A stretch of DNA of 64,000 nt, taken from Narcine bancroftii. Lineage: Eukaryota. Shown here in pieces: positions 60,400 to 64,000 of the stretch; position 1 is the stretch's first letter; the number at the start of each line of letters is the position of its first letter. The DNA lies in contig NC_091471.1 of assembly GCF_036971445.1 (NCBI RefSeq), positions 868,001-932,000 on the forward strand, written 5' to 3'. Position numbers and translations under genes: made by a program. The notes beneath the pieces were generated by a model. It saw only the letters and a program-made list of their open reading frames with translations. It did not search any database and had not been told where the DNA came from.

Positions 60400-60740
60400 G
60401 TCCATTCCTTTGAAAATATTTGACAATTTATCATTATATATCTACCTGCTGGGTCTGTAATCACAATTATAACCTTAACTGGCAAATTTTTCTTAAGAAA
60501 AATTGCCACTCCTCTAGCCTTAGAATTAAATTAAGAAAAAACTACATGATCTACCCAGTCTCTCTTTAATTTTAAGTGTTCTTTTTCAGTTAAATGAGTC
60601 TCGTGTAAAAAAAAAAAAAAATTCTACTCCCAATTTCTTAATATAAGAAAGAATTTTCTTTCTTTTTATTTTCCCGTTAATCTCATTAATATTAAAACTC
60701 ATAACCTTAATTACTTTATTCATTTTTTTATATATAAAAT
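60400..60740 (-). mobile_element. L1-clade endonuclease N-terminal fragment
   Basis: KVMSFNINEINGKIKRKKILSYIKKL, then a frameshifted ETHLTEKEHLKLKRDWV and KARGVAIFL. Confidence 0.75.
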
Positions 60741-60847
60741 TCCTTTCCATCGCTCCTATCCAGGAAGAATCCCCACAAAGTAATTTGGTCCTGAACATTG
60801 TCATCTGCAATCCAAAAACATTGAGATTATTCAAACTAAATACAATA

Positions 60848-62556
60848 CTGTGGCAGATTATATAATATTTTATATAAACATGTCTTTAAAAGAGATAGAT
60901 TGTGGGGGTTTAGAGTAGGTCACTTCACAAATGGATGGTAACACTTCACAAAAGAGGTCTCATTTAAAATGCAAGAGTTTTGCCGAAAGTGAGATATTGA
61001 GGCACTGGTAGCTTTGCAAAGACATTGAGACTGCTTGGCTAAAGAACTTCAAAAGCTCAAAGTGGTGATAAAGATCTTTCAGAGTTTGGTTCTGGAGCCT
61101 TGAGGGTCATGTAGTTTTGCAAGCAGGGAGAGAGAAAAAAAAGAGAGAATTCAGTTTTGCAGTGGCTTTTGAGTCTGCAACAAGATGAGCTGGCAAGCTC
61201 GGTTGATATTATGAGTGAGGAAACAGGTTTGGTAGGTCTCGAAGGCAAAGATCTGGACACAGGTTTTGAAAGATCCACAGATGCATACTGTGAAGTAATG
61301 GGGGGGGGGGGGTGTATTATACTGACTGCTTCCCATGTATGGAGTTGCTTGTTATTCGCTATGGCTGTAAAGATGCTCCACCCTACTGGTAAACAGATGG
61401 AGATGCTTTCCCACTGGCCAGTTTATTGGTGACTAAGAGTCTGTTAACAAAAGCTCTGTATTAGTAGAACCCTTGTCTGGTCAATGTCTATGGCATATCA
61501 CATACAACTGAGGGAAAAGTAAATTCATGTCCTGCCACCCCTTGTCTTTGGGCGAACATGGCTCTATGCTAATCCAGGGACACTGATCAGTGCTCCCAAC
61601 CCCTATTAAATGGTACCCTTATCTCACCAGCAGCTTCTCCAGCACAGGTCCAAGTTTCTCAGCCCAGGGTGGTGCAGGAGGTCCCTCGAAGATAGCAAGA
61701 GAGCAAACAAAGGGCGCATAGCACCTTTATAGCACTGGAGAGTCCAATCCAGGTGATTGGTGGGGTGCCAATGGCTCGGTGCCAGGAAGGCTAATCTAAT
61801 TATGGCAGCCAATGCCCTGAGGTCAAGTACAGGGAGGCTGCAGGGTGTAGGGCAGGTTATTAACATGGGTGAACAGCAAGGTTTGTGCTGATAGGTGGGG
61901 TGGAACAGGAGCTTGATTGGCAGCTGGTGTGTCTCCAACTAGGTAGGGAGGAGTGCCATCGTGTGACAGCCACAACCTCTTCCAATACAGATGAAAACCC
62001 CATTATGAAAACGGGTTGTGAGTTCAAAGTTCAGCCTGTTGAAAACCCTTGAGGTCCTTACAAGAGGAAATGGCTAGCTAGAGCGCTTCTCTTGAAATGA
62101 GGGAAATGATGAACTCTGTGGTGACCTGGAGGAAGAGATTATCATTTGGAAAACCTTAATGGGGCAAGTTTCTTCGGCTAGACACAAATGACTGATAGAA
62201 GTAAATCAGTTTGTGTGTGTGTGTCCAATGAGCAATGAATCTCCCTCTGATACCAACAAGAACCTTCCTGAGCGGTAACCAATTGCCTTTAAGCACCAGA
62301 GCTTGGTGAAAACTCATAAATGTTAAATTCTGTGCACAGTATAAGAATTGCCTGATACTGGGAATTTGGAATGTGAATCAAAGAACTTTCCTGAACATAT
62401 ACACATTACATACACGTGCACTTAAAATTAGAAGGGGATTAAGTTAATCCTGTTTTTATGTTTAAAGATAATTAAAAGTAACTTTTGTTTAAGTAACCAT
62501 TTGTCTTGGTGAATTTCTATTGATGCTGGGTTTTGTGGTCCTCTGGGCTCATAACA
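60848..62556 (+). mobile_element. Probable solo LTR with an internal insertion
   Basis: Starts with TG and ends GGGCTCATAACA; non-coding. Family not verified. Confidence 0.4.
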
Positions 62557-62559
62557 GGA

Positions 62560-64000
62560 CATCAGGACAGTGTAATACTGGATCTCCTGTTAGGGAATGA
62601 GCTGGTCAGGTATCAGACATTAATGTTGGAGATCCAATTGGGTCTAGTGATCATAATTCTGTTAGTTTTAAGGTAGTTTTAGGGAGGAACAAGGAGGGGC
62701 CTAAAGTTGAGGTTCTGGATTGGAGAAGAGCAAATTTCGAAAGAATAAGAAGGGATTTGGGGAGTATTGAGTGGGACAGGATATTTTCAGGTGAGGGTGT
62801 AAATGAGAAATGGAGGATATTCAAAAAAGAAATTTTGAGGGTACAGAGTAGTTATGTCCCAGTGAGGATCAAAGGAAAGGCTGGAAGTCATAGGGAGGCT
62901 TGGTTTTTGAGGAATATTGGAAATTTGGTTAGGAGAAAAAGGGAGGTGTACAAGAGGTATAAAGAACAGAGAGCTGACAATTTGAAGGAGGACTACAAGG
63001 AGTGTAGAAGGAATCTTAAGAAAGAAATTAGAAAGGCCAAAAAAAGGCACGAAAAGGCTTTGGCAGACAGAGTAAAAATAAATCCAAAGGGTTTCTATAA
63101 GTACATTAAAAGTAAAAGATTAGTGAGGGATAAAATTGGACCCCTTGTAGATAGAGAGGGTAGGCTGAGTGAGAAGTCAGAGGAAATGGGGGAAATTTTG
63201 AATGATTTCTTTGCCTCGGTATTCACTAGGTAAAAAAATATTGAACCAGTTGAGGTAAAGAAAAATAGTGGGGATGTCATGAAGCATATAAGGATAACCA
63301 AGGAGGTAGTGATGGCTGTGTTGAAAAAGATAAAGGTGGATAAATCTCCGGGACCGGACAAAATATTCCCAAGGACATTCAGGGAGGCTAGTGGACAGAT
63401 AGTAGGGCCATTAACAGAGATATTTAGGATGTCACTGGCCACGGGGTAGTGCCAAAGGATTGGAGGGTGGCACAATGCTTCCGCTGTTTAAGAAAGGGTC
63501 TAAATGTAGACCTGGGAATTATAGGCCCGTGAGTCTGACGTCTGTGGTGGGCAAGTTGATGGAAAGTGTTCTAAGGGATGGTATTTTCAATTATTTGGAG
63601 GTACAGGGATTGCTAGGGAGTAATCAGCATGGTTTTTTTCAGGGGTAGATCATGCTTGACAAACCTGATTTAAGTTTTTTGAGGGGGTTACAAAAAAGTT
63701 TGATGAAGGGAAAGCTGTGGGTGTTGTCTATTTAGACTTTAGTAAAGCTTTTGACAAAGTTCCCCACAGGAGGTTAGGAAAAAAGGTGGAGGAATTAGGT
63801 ATAAATAAGGAGGTAGTGAAATGGATTCAGCAATGGTTGGATGGGAGATGTCGGAGAGAAGTGGTAGAAAATTGTCCAATTGGAGGCCAGTGACTAGTGG
63901 ATTTCCTCAGGGATCGGTCCTGGGTCCACTATTGTTTGTTATATATATTAACGATCTGGAAGTAGAGGTGGAGAATTGGATAAGCAAGTTTGCGGATGAT
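62560..64000 (+). mobile_element. CR1 LINE (EN end to RT), same subfamily as 18426-20028, running off the window
   Basis: GSSDHNSV (EN). 63320-64000 aligns closely to 18426-19110, with frameshifts. Confidence 0.93.

Overview
Vertebrate genomic DNA, most likely from a cartilaginous fish (inferred from the repeat families: HER1/CR1-type LINEs, V-SINE core, Penelope, Rex/Babar, Gmr1-like Gypsy, class I ERV remnants). It holds a cluster of three paralogous tandem C2H2 zinc-finger genes, each with one coding exon and no visible KRAB/SCAN/BTB domain: ZNF-A (+1258..2685), ZNF-B (-16925..15246) and ZNF-C (+58774..60090). All three share an N-terminus made of C2HC fingers plus a copy-number-variable 17-aa Cys-rich half-finger repeat (5, about 6.5 and 1 copies). 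ZNF-B and ZNF-C point away from a large inverted duplication (about 28.6-34.4 kb vs 41.1-46.9 kb). Each arm carries a CpG-island-like promoter, a short first exon with a splice donor, and a GC-rich satellite. Between the arms are a 200-N gap, an 18-bp minisatellite and a roughly 2.3-kb array of GC-box plus PBX/PKNOX-type motifs. The rest is mostly nested, decayed transposons, including hammerhead-like motifs in Penelope terminal repeats. Repeat boundaries are approximate and read by eye; gene models and TE family calls are not database-verified.
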